Assembly: GCA_013239625.1 (NCBI GenBank)
Contig: MU054132.1
Span: 62,001-126,000, forward strand
Source of the DNA: Lama guanicoe
Lineage: Eukaryota
Length of the DNA: 64,000 nucleotides
Direction: 5' to 3'
Positions 39,329 to 49,707 of the stretch are shown one piece after another (position 1 is the first letter of the stretch; each line of letters begins with the position of its first letter). Made by a program: the position numbers and the translations under genes. The notes beneath the pieces are model-generated. The model searched no databases. It was not told the origin of the DNA and worked only from the letters and a program-made list of their open reading frames with translations.

Positions 39329-40791
39329 CAATAGAACAGAATAGAGAGTCCAGAAATAAATCCACAAACTTTTGGTCAATTAATCTTTGACAAAGGAGGC
39401 AAGAACATACAATGGAGTAAAGACAGTCTCTTCAGCAAGTGGTGTTGGGACAACTGGACAGCTGTATGTAAATCAATGAAGTTAGAACACTCCCTCACAC
39501 CGTACACAGACATAAACTCAAAATGGCTTAAAGGTAAACATAAGACAAGACACTATAAACCTCTTAGAAGAAACCAAGGGCAAAACATTATCCAACATAA
39601 ATCTCAGCAATGTTCTCTGAGGGCAGTCTACCCAAGAAATAGAAATAAAAGTTAAAATAAACAAATGGGACATAATTAAACCTATGTGCTTTTTCACAGC
39701 AAAGGAAACCGTAAGCAAAACAAAAAGACAACCTGCGGAATGGGAGAAAATAGTTGCAAAAAGATCAGACTGACAAGAGTTTAATTTCCAGAATATATAA
39801 ACAGCTCATACAACTTAATAACAAAAAAACAAACAGCCCAACCCAAAGATGGGCAGAAGACCTAAACAAGCAATTCTGCAATGAAAGCACATGGATGACT
39901 AATAGGCACATTTAAAAAATGCTCAATATCGCTAATTATCACAGAAATGCAAATCAAAACTATAATGAGCTATCACCTCACACCAGTCAGAATGGCCATC
40001 ATTCAAAAGTCCATGAACAATAAATGCTAGAGAGGGTGTGGAGAAAAAGAAATCCTCCTACACTGCTGGTGGGAATGTAGTTTGGTCCAGCCATTATGGA
40101 AAACAGTATGGAGATTCCTCAAAAGACTAATAATAGACATACCATATGGTCTAGCAATCCCACTCCTGAGCATATATCCAGAGGAATTCTTAATTCAAAA
40201 AGATACCTGCGCTCCAGTGTTCATAGCAGCACTATGTACAATAGCCAAGACATGGAAACAACCTAAATGTCCATCAACAGATGACTGAATAAAGAAGCTG
40301 TGGTGTATTTATACAATGGAATACAACTCAGCCATAAAAAAGAATAAAATAATGCCTTTTGCAGCAACATGGATGGACCTGGAGTGTGTCATTCTAAGTG
40401 AAGTAAGCCAGAAAAAGAAAGAAAAATACCATATGATATCACTTATATGTGGAATCAAAAAAAAAAGACAAATGAACTTATTTACAAAACAGAAACAGAC
40501 TCACATAGAAAACAGCTTATGGTTACAGGGCAGGGGGTGGGGGGTGGGAAGGGATAAATTGGGAGTCCGAGATTTGCAGATACTAACTACTATATATAAA
40601 ATAGATAAACAACAAGTTTCTACTGTATACCACAGGGAACTATATTCAATATCTTGTAGAAACTTATGGTGAAAAAGAATATGAAAATGAATATATGTAT
40701 GTTCATATGTATAAATGAAGTATTGTGCTGTACACCAGAAATTGACAGAACATTGTAAACTGACTATACTTCAATAAAAAGATTTAAAAAA
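39329..40791 (+). mobile_element. 5'-truncated L1 with a perfect 15-bp TSD
   Basis: ORF2 C-terminus and 3' UTR; AAATACTTGTTGAAT at 39314-39328 and 40792-40806. Confidence 0.96.
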
Positions 40792-41127
40792 AAATACTTG
40801 TTGAATGAACAGCCTGTGTGTCCCCAGCCCTAGAGCAAATATCTGGCCACTCAAGTACCTCAGCCTTTTCCCTCCCCCTCATCCTCTTCCCACCCCAAAA
40901 CTTTGCCCAGGTTCTGTCTACTACAGACCCTTGAATTTCTCTGCCCTCTGTACCTGTGGGGAACATAGATCTTTTCAGTGAATTCCCGTTTTTGGCTAAG
41001 AAGAGATTCTGTGTGGCAGAAAGGCTGCCCTCCTTGGGTTGCAGGCTGAACTCATCCTTCCCCTGAAAATGGGGAGGTGATTTCTAGGGGTCCTAATTCA
41101 GATGTAAAAGTTCCACAAGAGCCCCTT

Positions 41128-41271
41128 TATTTATTTTTTTGGAGGGGGGAGAGAGGTAATTAGGTTCATTTATTTATTTACTTATTTTCAGAGGAGCTAC
41201 TGGGGATTGAACTGAGGGCCTCGAGCATCCTAGGCATGCACTCTTCCATTTGAGACATACCCTTCCGCTGG
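41128..41271 (-). mobile_element. tRNA-derived SINE (Vic-1-like)
   Basis: Reverse complement of the SINE head (ggggattgaac...cactctt...tgag...ataccct); TSD-like agcccctttа-type repeat on both flanks. Confidence 0.8.
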
Positions 41272-41971
41272 AAAGCCCCTTTAGATAAGTGTCAATGCAG
41301 GGATGCTGTCCTGCTGCCAGTTCTGCCTCTGTGGAAAAGACAAGGAAGTCCACAGATGGGATTCACTGTGTCATCCACAAAGTGAGACTCATATTGCCAA
41401 CGCTCCTTCTCTACTGAGCACACTGGACTATCAACTGTGAAGCACAAAGTGCACTATGAATGTATCATACTTTCCTGTAATGTACTTTCTTCAAGCCTCC
41501 AGCGCAGCTCCTGTGGTTGGGTGGTTAGCCTTCTCCTTGCCCTCTCCCACATCCGGCTTCTAGAGCTTCAGGCCACGTTCCCCCATTCTCTCCGAATCTC
41601 TGTGTGACACTTGAAGCTTTTTAACAAGTAGAAAGGCCACCCGGGAAGTTGAAGTATAGCAGGAATTAGTCAGCTGCTTTGGAGTAAAAATGCTACCAGC
41701 TCTAAGTAAACATCCCACCGTTGCTCTGATGGGGCCCTACCTCCCAATAAAAGTAATTTGAAATTTACTTCTCCCAAGACGCAGCTGTAGAAGAAAATCA
41801 CGACTCCTCTTTAGCACACGTGGACCCGTCACATTCACACAGGTAGACACTGATGCTGAAACGGCCTCGGATGCTGCCAATTCATTCTTCTATGGTGTAA
41901 ATCCAATGAAAAGACAGGGGACAATAAAATTAAATAAAGGCTGCCCGCTTGTGCACTGAGATAGGTAAGAG

Positions 41972-42497
41972 TGTTACCAAACTCAGGCTCGGCAGCTTGT
42001 TGCTCAAGAATCCAATACTGAGAGACAAGTGTTGGGTACGAGAAAAGATAGCTTTATTGAGGAAGCCGGCAATCCTGGGGTAAAGGTGAACTCATCCCAA
42101 AGAACCAACTCCCAACTCTCCAGGTTTTGCTCAGAGATTACACAGAGAAAAGAGGAAGGGGCTACGTGCCGGGGAGGGGCAATCTTCTATTTTCAGAGAT
42201 GACTGTCTCCATTATGTGGTTCCAAGTAGACGTCAGTTCTTGCTTGCAGTTGGAACATTATCTGAGTCATAAATCTTTGGCCAGCTAGTCCTGATATAAG
42301 GACTAAAGCCCAAAGAAATAAGGAACAAAGCCTATAGAAAAAGGAATCTTCAATCTCGATATGCATCAACAGCCTTCTCCATCAGCAGCAAGCCAAGTGA
42401 ATGGCAGACGTCAGGCATAGTAATAATTAAGAAATAGATTTGGAACAATGCTGAGTTACTGAGAGTCCCTAGTTACCGTCTCACTTCCTCAGTTACA
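41972..42497 (-). mobile_element. ERV 3' LTR (class I-like)
   Basis: TGTTAC...GTTACA termini; minus-strand AATAAA near 42055; G-run PPT-like tract at 42498-42509. Confidence 0.8.
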
Positions 42498-42579
42498 ACC
42501 CCCACTGTTAGATTTTCCTTTCATGTCTAAGGGGCAAAAATACGTCTTCAGTAACTTCAAGCTGAGCACGGGCAAAATA

Positions 42580-42873
42580 TTACTTGCTTTCTTTACGTGC
42601 CAGTTGAGATTCCAAAAGAGGTACCTCATTACTAACCTTTTTAGTAATTGTTTTGCAAAGAGTTATCATGCCAAGTATGAACCCCTTGACTAGAAGGAAA
42701 AAACCCACAATAATTAGTAAAAGAGTTAGTCCCAATTTCAGGATTCCTTCAAGCTTTGACTTAATCCCAGAGGGAATCCAAGAAAACAGGGTAGTAAACC
42801 AATCCCATCCACCTTGAAATCTAAGGTCTGTTGGAGCCAGGTGACCTATTGTGTCAGCGTCATCTTGATTGTT
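42580..42873 (-). pseudogene. ERV env remnant: membrane-proximal region, TM helix and cytoplasmic tail (97 open codons, no start codon at its 5' end)
   Basis: GGWDWFTTLFSWIPSGIKSKLEGILKLGLTLLLIIVGFFLLVKGFILGMITLCKTITKK...ESK*, ending about 80 nt before the PPT and LTR. Confidence 0.8.
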
Positions 42874-42986
42874 TTAAGCACAGTTAACCTTAAGCTCCAG
42901 GGTCAGTTTTTTTTCCCATTCTCTTGAGGCCTGTTCTTGGAATTGTGCAAGCCATAGATTCAGTACTGCTCAAGATGGAGCAGCTT

Positions 42987-44040
42987 CAGTATTTACAAGA
43001 ACCAAAATGTGGAAGCCACCTAAATGTCCATGGACAGATGATTGGATAAAGAAGTTGTGGCATATATATACAATGGAATACTACTCAGTCATAAAAAAAG
43101 AATGAAATAATGCCATTTGCAGCAACATGGATGGACCTAGAGATTGTCATTCTAAGTGAAGTAAGCCAGAAAGAGAAAGAAGAATACCATATAATGTCAC
43201 TTATATGTGGAATCTTTAAAAAATGACACAAATGAACTTATTTACAAAACAGAAACCAACTCACAGACATAGAAAACAAACTGTTGACTAAAAATTGGCA
43301 CTTGCCATCTGCCTCTACAAGGACTGAATCACGTTGGCACTTGCCATCAAGCCCTGCTTGGATTAATCACGAGCCGCTACAGCTGCTGACCTCCAACACA
43401 CCCTGAAAAGAGTTCAAGATGGAAATCAGGAATGAGGCATTCTGTGCTCTGGGAAAACTGGTGAAACAGGCTTTTAGATAGTTAGATACTTTCAGGAGAA
43501 GATTTTATGAGCTCAATTCTTGCATCTTCTCATATCTAGAAAAGCACTAAAATCATTAACGATAACATCTGCTCCTGGTGTCTAGCAGCAAGCCTCTGCC
43601 TAAACGTGTGTCTGATTGCACGTACCCCCTTCACTGAAATCATATATAAATCTGGGTTCTCCCCCTGCCTCTTTGGAACAGTTTCTCAGAGCTGTCTGGG
43701 ATGCTGTCTCCCAGGCTATAGTCCTCACTTTGCCCCCAAATTAAACTTAATCCACGACTCTCACACTGTGATTTTATTTCAGTCGACAAAACTTATGGTT
43801 ACCAAAGGAAAAGGGGGAGAGGAGGGATAAATTAAGAGTCTGAGATTTGCGGATACTAATTATCATATATAAAATAGACAAACAAGGTCTACTGTATACA
43901 CAGGGAACTATATTCAATATCTTGTAATAACATATAATGAAAAAGAATATATATATAAATGTATAACTAAATCACTATGTTATACACCAGAAACTAACAC
44001 AACACTGTAAATCAACAATACTTCAATTCAAAAAAACACC
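42987..44040 (+). mobile_element. L1 3' end, interrupted by a solo LTR
   Basis: cctaaatgtcc...atggaatactactcag...agaaaacaaac [LTR] ttatggttacc...A-tail. Confidence 0.9.
43282..43788 (+). mobile_element. Solo LTR (507 bp, ERV1-like, possibly MER41-like) with 4-bp TSD AAAC
   Basis: TGTTGACT...AGTCGACA inverted termini; TATATAAA 43643; ATTAAA 43740; internal repeat ttggcacttgccatc twice. Confidence 0.9.
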
Positions 44041-44339
44041 TGGAGCAGCATATGTCATGGCTACAGTCTGGTCCTCATGCAGCTTTTCCCCTCTGGCGGC
44101 AGTTACAGCATTGGCAGCACAACTCAGGAATGTGCATCAAACACTGTTATCTATGTCTTCCAGGGAGGAATTGAAGATTCTGTGACTCTATTGTCCTAAT
44201 CATTAGCTGCTTGAGCCTGCTATTTTGTGACTCAGGGGAGGGCTGGAAAACTACAGCTTTTCTACAAAAAGGAGACAAGGGACATGGAGGGGGTTTGGTA
44301 CCTGGGAGGGCCCCTCAGGATCTTGGCAGGGTTTAAGAG

Positions 44340-45518
44340 GACTCCGGCTCAGGAACTCCGCCTCCAGTGGCGGGGCCTGGGGCCTCAGGAGAAACCACCA
44401 AATAAATAAATGCTTTTAGGATAACACAGGTTAATGCTGGTGTCGTTGGGGGCGGGGCAGAGAAAGGATGCGAGAGGCCAAACTACAGACCCTGGGAGGC
44501 TGATAAAATGCAAGAGAAACCCAGTGGCAAGGCTGAAACGGCCTCCCGTACCAGACTGCCATGTTTCCAGAACTTTCTCCCGGGGCAGGCCTGGCACCCT
44601 GACTGCAGACCCCCAGGGGTTCTCCAGGGAGGCGCAGAGCCTGGCTGCACATGCACATTTCCCAACCCGCCTCCCCTCGCCCCGCACCCCACCTCTGGCG
44701 CCGGCTCCCGCTTCCTTCCAGCCGCTGCTTGCAATTCAGGTGCGCCTGGAATTTACACCCTCTCACTCCCCGGTAGCTTGGGACTCCCCTCCAGACCCTA
44801 AACTTCTATCTGGATTACCCGCGTCCACGGCGGAGCACAGGCTCAACACAACTTTTCTTGGAAAACCAAAGATGAAAGCAAATTTTGAGAAATAAAACTT
44901 TTCAATAAAATATCAAACGCCTTGAGAGACCCATACGTGGGGTTTAGGTTTTCCTGATTAAAGCAATACTTTCCATCATTCCTCCAATCTGGAATTACTA
45001 TCCCGATAAAACAATTGGTTTGCTTTATTTTTTTCTTTAAAAGAATAAATCGGATAAGTTTAACCCCAACTAATGATAGAGACATTAGGGCTAATTAACC
45101 ACAGTTTTACAAGACCCAGCCTTTTCTCTCTTTGGCGGCTTCACCACCTCTCACCTCCACCCCAGTGTTTAAGCATTGTAATGCGCACGGGTCTCCGCCT
45201 CCCCGCCCACCAGAGGGCTGTCCCCGCCGCCACCACCCTCCACCCCCGGGTCTGTGCTGAAGAAGGAGAATCTCCCTAAAGGCTAAAGTCAACGCGTTTA
45301 TTAGGACCGACCTGTGTGAGGAACTCCCCAGTTTCCTGAGACATCCTGGCTCCTGCTTCTCCTAAGACCTTCTGGGGAAGACATAATTCTCATCTGGGAT
45401 ATTTTTCTTTTTAAATTCCCACTTTCACTTCAGGAAATTAATGTTTTCTTTTGGGTGTTTTGGCAATGACTGAATTAAAGCTAGGCTAATATTTTTTCCT
45501 TCTAAATTGTCAGGAGCT
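44340..45518 (+). promoter_or_regulatory. TDGF1: TDGF1 promoter and 5' UTR (transcript start about 45265)
   Basis: GC-rich with GC boxes (about 44449, 44678, 45200, 45221); sequence from GGAGAATC at 45265 resembles the human TDGF1 5' UTR as recalled. Confidence 0.7.
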
Positions 45519-45553
45519 ATGGACCGAAGGAAGATGGAGCACTTCTCTTCCAG
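45519..45553 (+). CDS. TDGF1: TDGF1 coding exon 1
   Basis: GCTATGG start; MDRRKMEHFS(S); AG|gtatga. Confidence 0.93.
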
Positions 45554-46337
45554 GTATGAACCGATCTTAAGTGTGAATTTTGGATTACTAGAGCTTGCTA
45601 GCTTAGGAAATAATGTTCTACACCTCTCTGTTGTTTTATTTCACCTTGTTCAAATTTTAAAGAGCTCCCAACAGTGCTGCTGCTCTTCCTGAAAGACCTG
45701 AAACTTCACACTTAAAAGTTACATCCACCTTTGCCATTGGCTTTTAAAACTTTCCATCAGGTAACTGGCTCTGTCTATGAAATGATTACTGTTTCCTACA
45801 CTTCTGTGTGAAAATGTTAGTATTACAATGAAATTTAAAAATCTGCTTCTGAGGAAGCTAAAGATATAGACAGGTTTTCAATATTTGGGAGCCATTAAAA
45901 ATAATGGGAAAATTTTTTAAACTTTGAAAATCCTTTAAATGACTGATTTAAATGAAATAGTTTGTAAAATGTGATTCATGAATTACATAGCATGTCATCC
46001 AGCCATTTAAAAATTCCTATATGGAAAGTATGTGCAGAAGAAAAATATATCTATGTGACATAGAAGATAAAAGATTTATACCTACTTAAAATTATGTGCA
46101 GATGAGGACAGAGCCTGAGAAGTAATAATATGTGTTAAGAGTTGGAGATTGGGTGGATTTTAGTCTCACCATTTTTCTTTATGTTGTTACATGAATTAAT
46201 CATCCATTTAAAAAGAAAGAGAAAAGAAAAATGGTGTTCTGTGACTTCTCCCTTGTGGTCTATGGTCTTGTCCTTGTGTTGAGGAGACCCAGGTGTTGTT
46301 TTGTTTTGCTAATGGAGGCCTGATTTCCTCTTCCTAG

Positions 46338-46390
46338 TGTGATTTTGATCATGACCTTTTCCAAAGCGTTTGAACTGGGATTAGTTGCTG
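46338..46390 (+). CDS. TDGF1: TDGF1 exon 2 (signal peptide core)
   Basis: ctcttcctag|T; VILIMTFSKAFELGLVA(G); G|gtaagg. Confidence 0.95.
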
Positions 46391-46476
46391 GTAAGGGATT
46401 TTTTTTGTTCTTTTGATCACTAGCAATTTTCACGTGGCCCAAAATACAGATTCCATACATTGACTTTGCCATTCAG

Positions 46477-46611
46477 GGCTGAGCCACCGTGAACTTGCCC
46501 CTCCGTCCCAGGGAGCCCTGGCCTTCGGAGATGACAGACTTCAGTCCCAGAAGGAGCCTGCAATTCGTCATCGGCTTTCGCAGTTCATACCATCCATGGG
46601 AATCCAGAAGA
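46477..46611 (+). CDS. TDGF1: TDGF1 exon 3
   Basis: gccattcag|GG; LSHRELAPPSQGALAFGDDRLQSQKEPAIRHRLSQFIPSMGIQK; A|gtaaga. Confidence 0.95.
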
Positions 46612-47101
46612 GTAAGACCCATCTGCCTTAAATCTGCAATGTGGTATCGCTGTCCTGGTTTTTTGGCGTTTCCCTAGTATCTTTTTGACACTTTTGCCTA
46701 TGAGAGTGGGCATCTGATTCTGGAGCTGGGCAGATGGCTGGATTTTTTTTTTCTTTTTTTTTTGGGCGGGGGTTGGTGGGTGGGGAGGAGGTAGACTGGT
46801 TTTGACTATGGAAGTGAGACAAACATTGCGTCCTTCAACCCCCAGAGATGCAGTTTCCCTCTCCCATCCCACTTCACGCCCACCACTGGACTGTGCATGA
46901 AAAAAAAAGATGTCTCTGCTCAAAAGCACAGGTAGCAAAAGGAACACTTAAAAAGCAGTGTCTTATTCTGTGACGTTTACAATGTTTAGACTTCCGGAAA
47001 CACTTTGGGGAGATTAAGTCCTTACCGCCCTATTAACCTTTGCTTCCTGGAACTCAGCTTTGAAACCCGTCCACCTTCTCAGCCGCCTCTTAACGTTTCA
47101 G

Positions 47102-47216
47102 GTAAGGAGCTAAACAGAACTTGCTGTCTAAACGGGGGCACCTGCATGCTGGGGTCCTTTTGTGCCTGCCCTCCCTCCTTCTACGGACGGAACTGTGAGC
47201 ATGATGCGCGCAAAGA
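47102..47216 (+). CDS. TDGF1: TDGF1 exon 4 (EGF-like domain)
   Basis: gtttcag|[44 protein letters not shown]|gtaagc. Confidence 0.97.
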
Positions 47217-47300
47217 GTAAGCCATCGGGAGGGGCTGGGGGCGGAGAGGGGAGCGAAAGAGAGGCGGGGATTTAAAATACGTGTGTCCCTTCATCGTCAG

Positions 47301-47410
47301 GAACTGCGGGTCTGTGCCCCATGACACCTGGCTGCCCAGGAAGTGTTCCATGTGTAAATGCTGGCAGGGCCAGCTCCGCTGCCTTGCTCAGACGTTTCTA
47401 CCTGGTTGCG
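47301..47410 (+). CDS. TDGF1: TDGF1 exon 5 (CFC domain)
   Basis: catcgtcag|G; NCGSVPHDTWLPRKCSMCKCWQGQLRCLAQTFLPGC; G|gtaagc. Confidence 0.97.
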
Positions 47411-47926
47411 GTAAGCCGAGGTTTTCCTTTTTCGCCCTTTAGGTTCGTTAACAAGGTCTCTTACCTCTTGGCTTGCTAGAGACTGGCAACCCAAAATCCG
47501 CTTGTAAAGGCATCCAGGACTCCAGATGGGATAGTCACCTTGGCATCCTTGCTATTTAAGCCGTTTTGACGGTTTATAGTTTGTTAAACTCTATAGAGGA
47601 AAACAAACAAGAAAGGACTTCGCCTCTTAACACCGAGAGAGACGCTCTCTGGTGTTCCTTTCTTGAGGCGGGAAGACCCAGACAAGCCCAGGGGACAGTT
47701 AGTGACCACCCCACAGCAGGGTTGGGGGCGCCCAGCTCCAATTTATCACCCTTAAATTCCAAGGAGGCTTGACCCTACTTCTCCTTCCTTAGGAACTTCT
47801 TCCCTGATCCTAAAAGGCTTCTGTATGGCGCCCCCTGGTGGTTGATCTCAGAACCCTTTCACCTTAGCTGATTTTCACTATGGGAAAGTGTGACAGGAAG
47901 GGCAGGGACATCGAAGAGAACCAGAT

Positions 47927-48050
47927 GGGGGGAGAGTACAGCTCAAGTGAGAGCACATGTTTAACATGCACAGGGTCCTGGGTTCAATCCCCAGTACCTC
48001 CTCTAAACATAAGTAAACCCCATTATCACCCCCCCAATAAACCTAAATAC
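47927..48050 (+). mobile_element. tRNA-derived SINE (Vic-1-like) in TDGF1 intron 5
   Basis: gggggagagtacagctcaagtg...ggtcctgggttcaatccccagtacctcc; TSD-like aagagaac. Confidence 0.88.
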
Positions 48051-48678
48051 AAAGAGAACTGCAGAAGAGGGTTTGCTTCCCCAACCTGAGCTAGATTCTA
48101 GGGTCACACTAGTTCAGAAGCCTCTCCTCGTCCTGACCCTGTAGATGTTAGAAACTGAATATATGTTCAACAAATTGAAAATGAAAGTAAATGTTTCACT
48201 GAGTACAAGGTGGGACCCCTGGTCCAGTCAGGGACTGGCTTTTCCGTTTGCATTGGGTATCAGGCCCAGGACAGGCGATTGGTAAGTGTGGGTGGAATGA
48301 CTGGATAAGTGGGGACTCTGTTTTCTCCCTGGAACTTGGGACCCAAGATGTGTTCCTCACTATCATCAGAACCTAACCAAGTTCTGACTCAACGCCTGCA
48401 ATTGCAGGTGTCACTGGCTGGGGTAGGCTACCAGATGTGAAAGCATGTATCCAGGAAAGAACAAGTTAACAGTAGGCCCCTGGCAACTTTTATTGAACTA
48501 TTTTTTCAGGGGAGTCTGATTCCATGTAATTAGTACTGTTGATCCCATAAGCACACTGCACTCAGCAAATGTTGGGCCCTAACTGATTCTTGGCTTGTGT
48601 AGATGTGCCACTTGTGTAGGCAGCAGGATCAAGTGCCAGAGGGATTTCCTTTAATAACCAAATGTCCCTGCCTTCCAG

Positions 48679-48791
48679 ATGGCCATGTGATGGATGATCA
48701 GCTCACAGCTTCCGGGACTCGAAAATTCGCACTGTCTGCATGCACTCTTATGCTCCCTGGCATCTGCCTTGCTATACAAAGTTATTATTAA
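48679..48791 (+). CDS. TDGF1: TDGF1 exon 6, coding part (GPI signal)
   Basis: gccttccag|AT; DGHVMDDQLTASGTRKFALSACTLMLPGICLAIQSYY, TAA ends 48791. Confidence 0.96.
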
Positions 48792-49504
48792 TCCACATCT
48801 GCATGCAACATGTGTCATGCAAATTTCATGACCAGTAAAGGCTGTCTCTCCAATATCCTAACAGACAGTCATTTGTTAGTCGCCTTGAAATAGTGAACAG
48901 ATTTCCATATGGTCTCTAACATTTCCTTAAAACTATACACTACTTTCCTCTGTCCTACCCTCTCCAAAAAACTGCTTTAAAAAAAGTCATCTCTTGTGCC
49001 CAAGTCTTATGTTTCTTGATACATCTAACTCTACCAAGGACTTATTATTATTTTTCTTTAAATTATTGAATTCTATCTTCAGATTGTTAAGGGTTACTCC
49101 TAATATGGAATTGAGCACAAAGCTTTGAGTAGAGTTCATCAAAATCAATTAAAATAGTATTTTGGAAAGGAAGCATCTGTAAGGGGAGCAAAGGAGAAGG
49201 GAGGGAGCAGATATTAAAGGTGAGAGATAGGATGCTGGAGTAATGCAAGTGTACGGGTGTCCCTAGGAGACTAGCAAAGTGGGAGCAAATAAGAGAAATT
49301 TGAGGGAAAAAAAGGGGATTACTTGATCGATGATGACTGCAGGTGCACAGAGAAGCAAGTTAAAAATCTAAGTTGAAGGACAAGTTTCTATCATCTATAG
49401 GAAGCTGTATAAGACAAGGACAGCTCTGTCTTCAAGGAATTGTAAAGAGAGTGAAATTTCCTTGAAAAAAAAATTCTATCTGAATTACCCCCATGAGAGT
49501 GCTT

Positions 49505-49604
49505 AATAAATTATCTTTTCTCCATACTATGCAATTATTTTAATGGTTGTAAAAGAAAATGTTCACAGTAATACTTAGTTGTAAACCTATATACATTAAA
49601 TAAA
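49505..49604 (+). terminator. TDGF1: Candidate TDGF1 polyadenylation signals
   Basis: AATAAA 49505-49510 and overlapping ATTAAA/AATAAA 49595-49604 at the end of an AT-rich 3' UTR. Confidence 0.6.
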
Positions 49605-49707
49605 TGTTAAATGTATAAAGCTATACATTGTAAAAGCCATTTTAAAACCACATTGTGTATATGGTATGCCCAGTAAAAGTGGGGAGTATGCTGACCGGTA
49701 TGTGAAC

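Larger units (their letters stand above)
42878..44335 (-). mobile_element. Second ERV LTR segment split by an L1 insertion (LTR pieces about 42878-42986 and 44041-44335)
   Basis: Sequence is continuous across duplicated TGGAGCAGC (42976, 44041); resembles the solo LTR at 54766-55207 (ctcaggaa, ttatct, gaggaa motifs). Confidence 0.65.
45519..48791 (+). other. TDGF1: TDGF1 (Cripto-1, EGF-CFC co-receptor), complete 6-exon CDS, 186 aa
   Basis: 35+53+135+115+110+113 = 561 nt; signal peptide, EGF-like [29 protein letters not shown] domain CGSVPHDTWLPRKCSMCKCWQGQLRC, GPI-type tail ending IQSYY*. Confidence 0.98.

Noticed and set aside
40082..40672. 68-aa and 118-aa ORFs
   Set aside because: L1 ORF2 end and 3' UTR sequence
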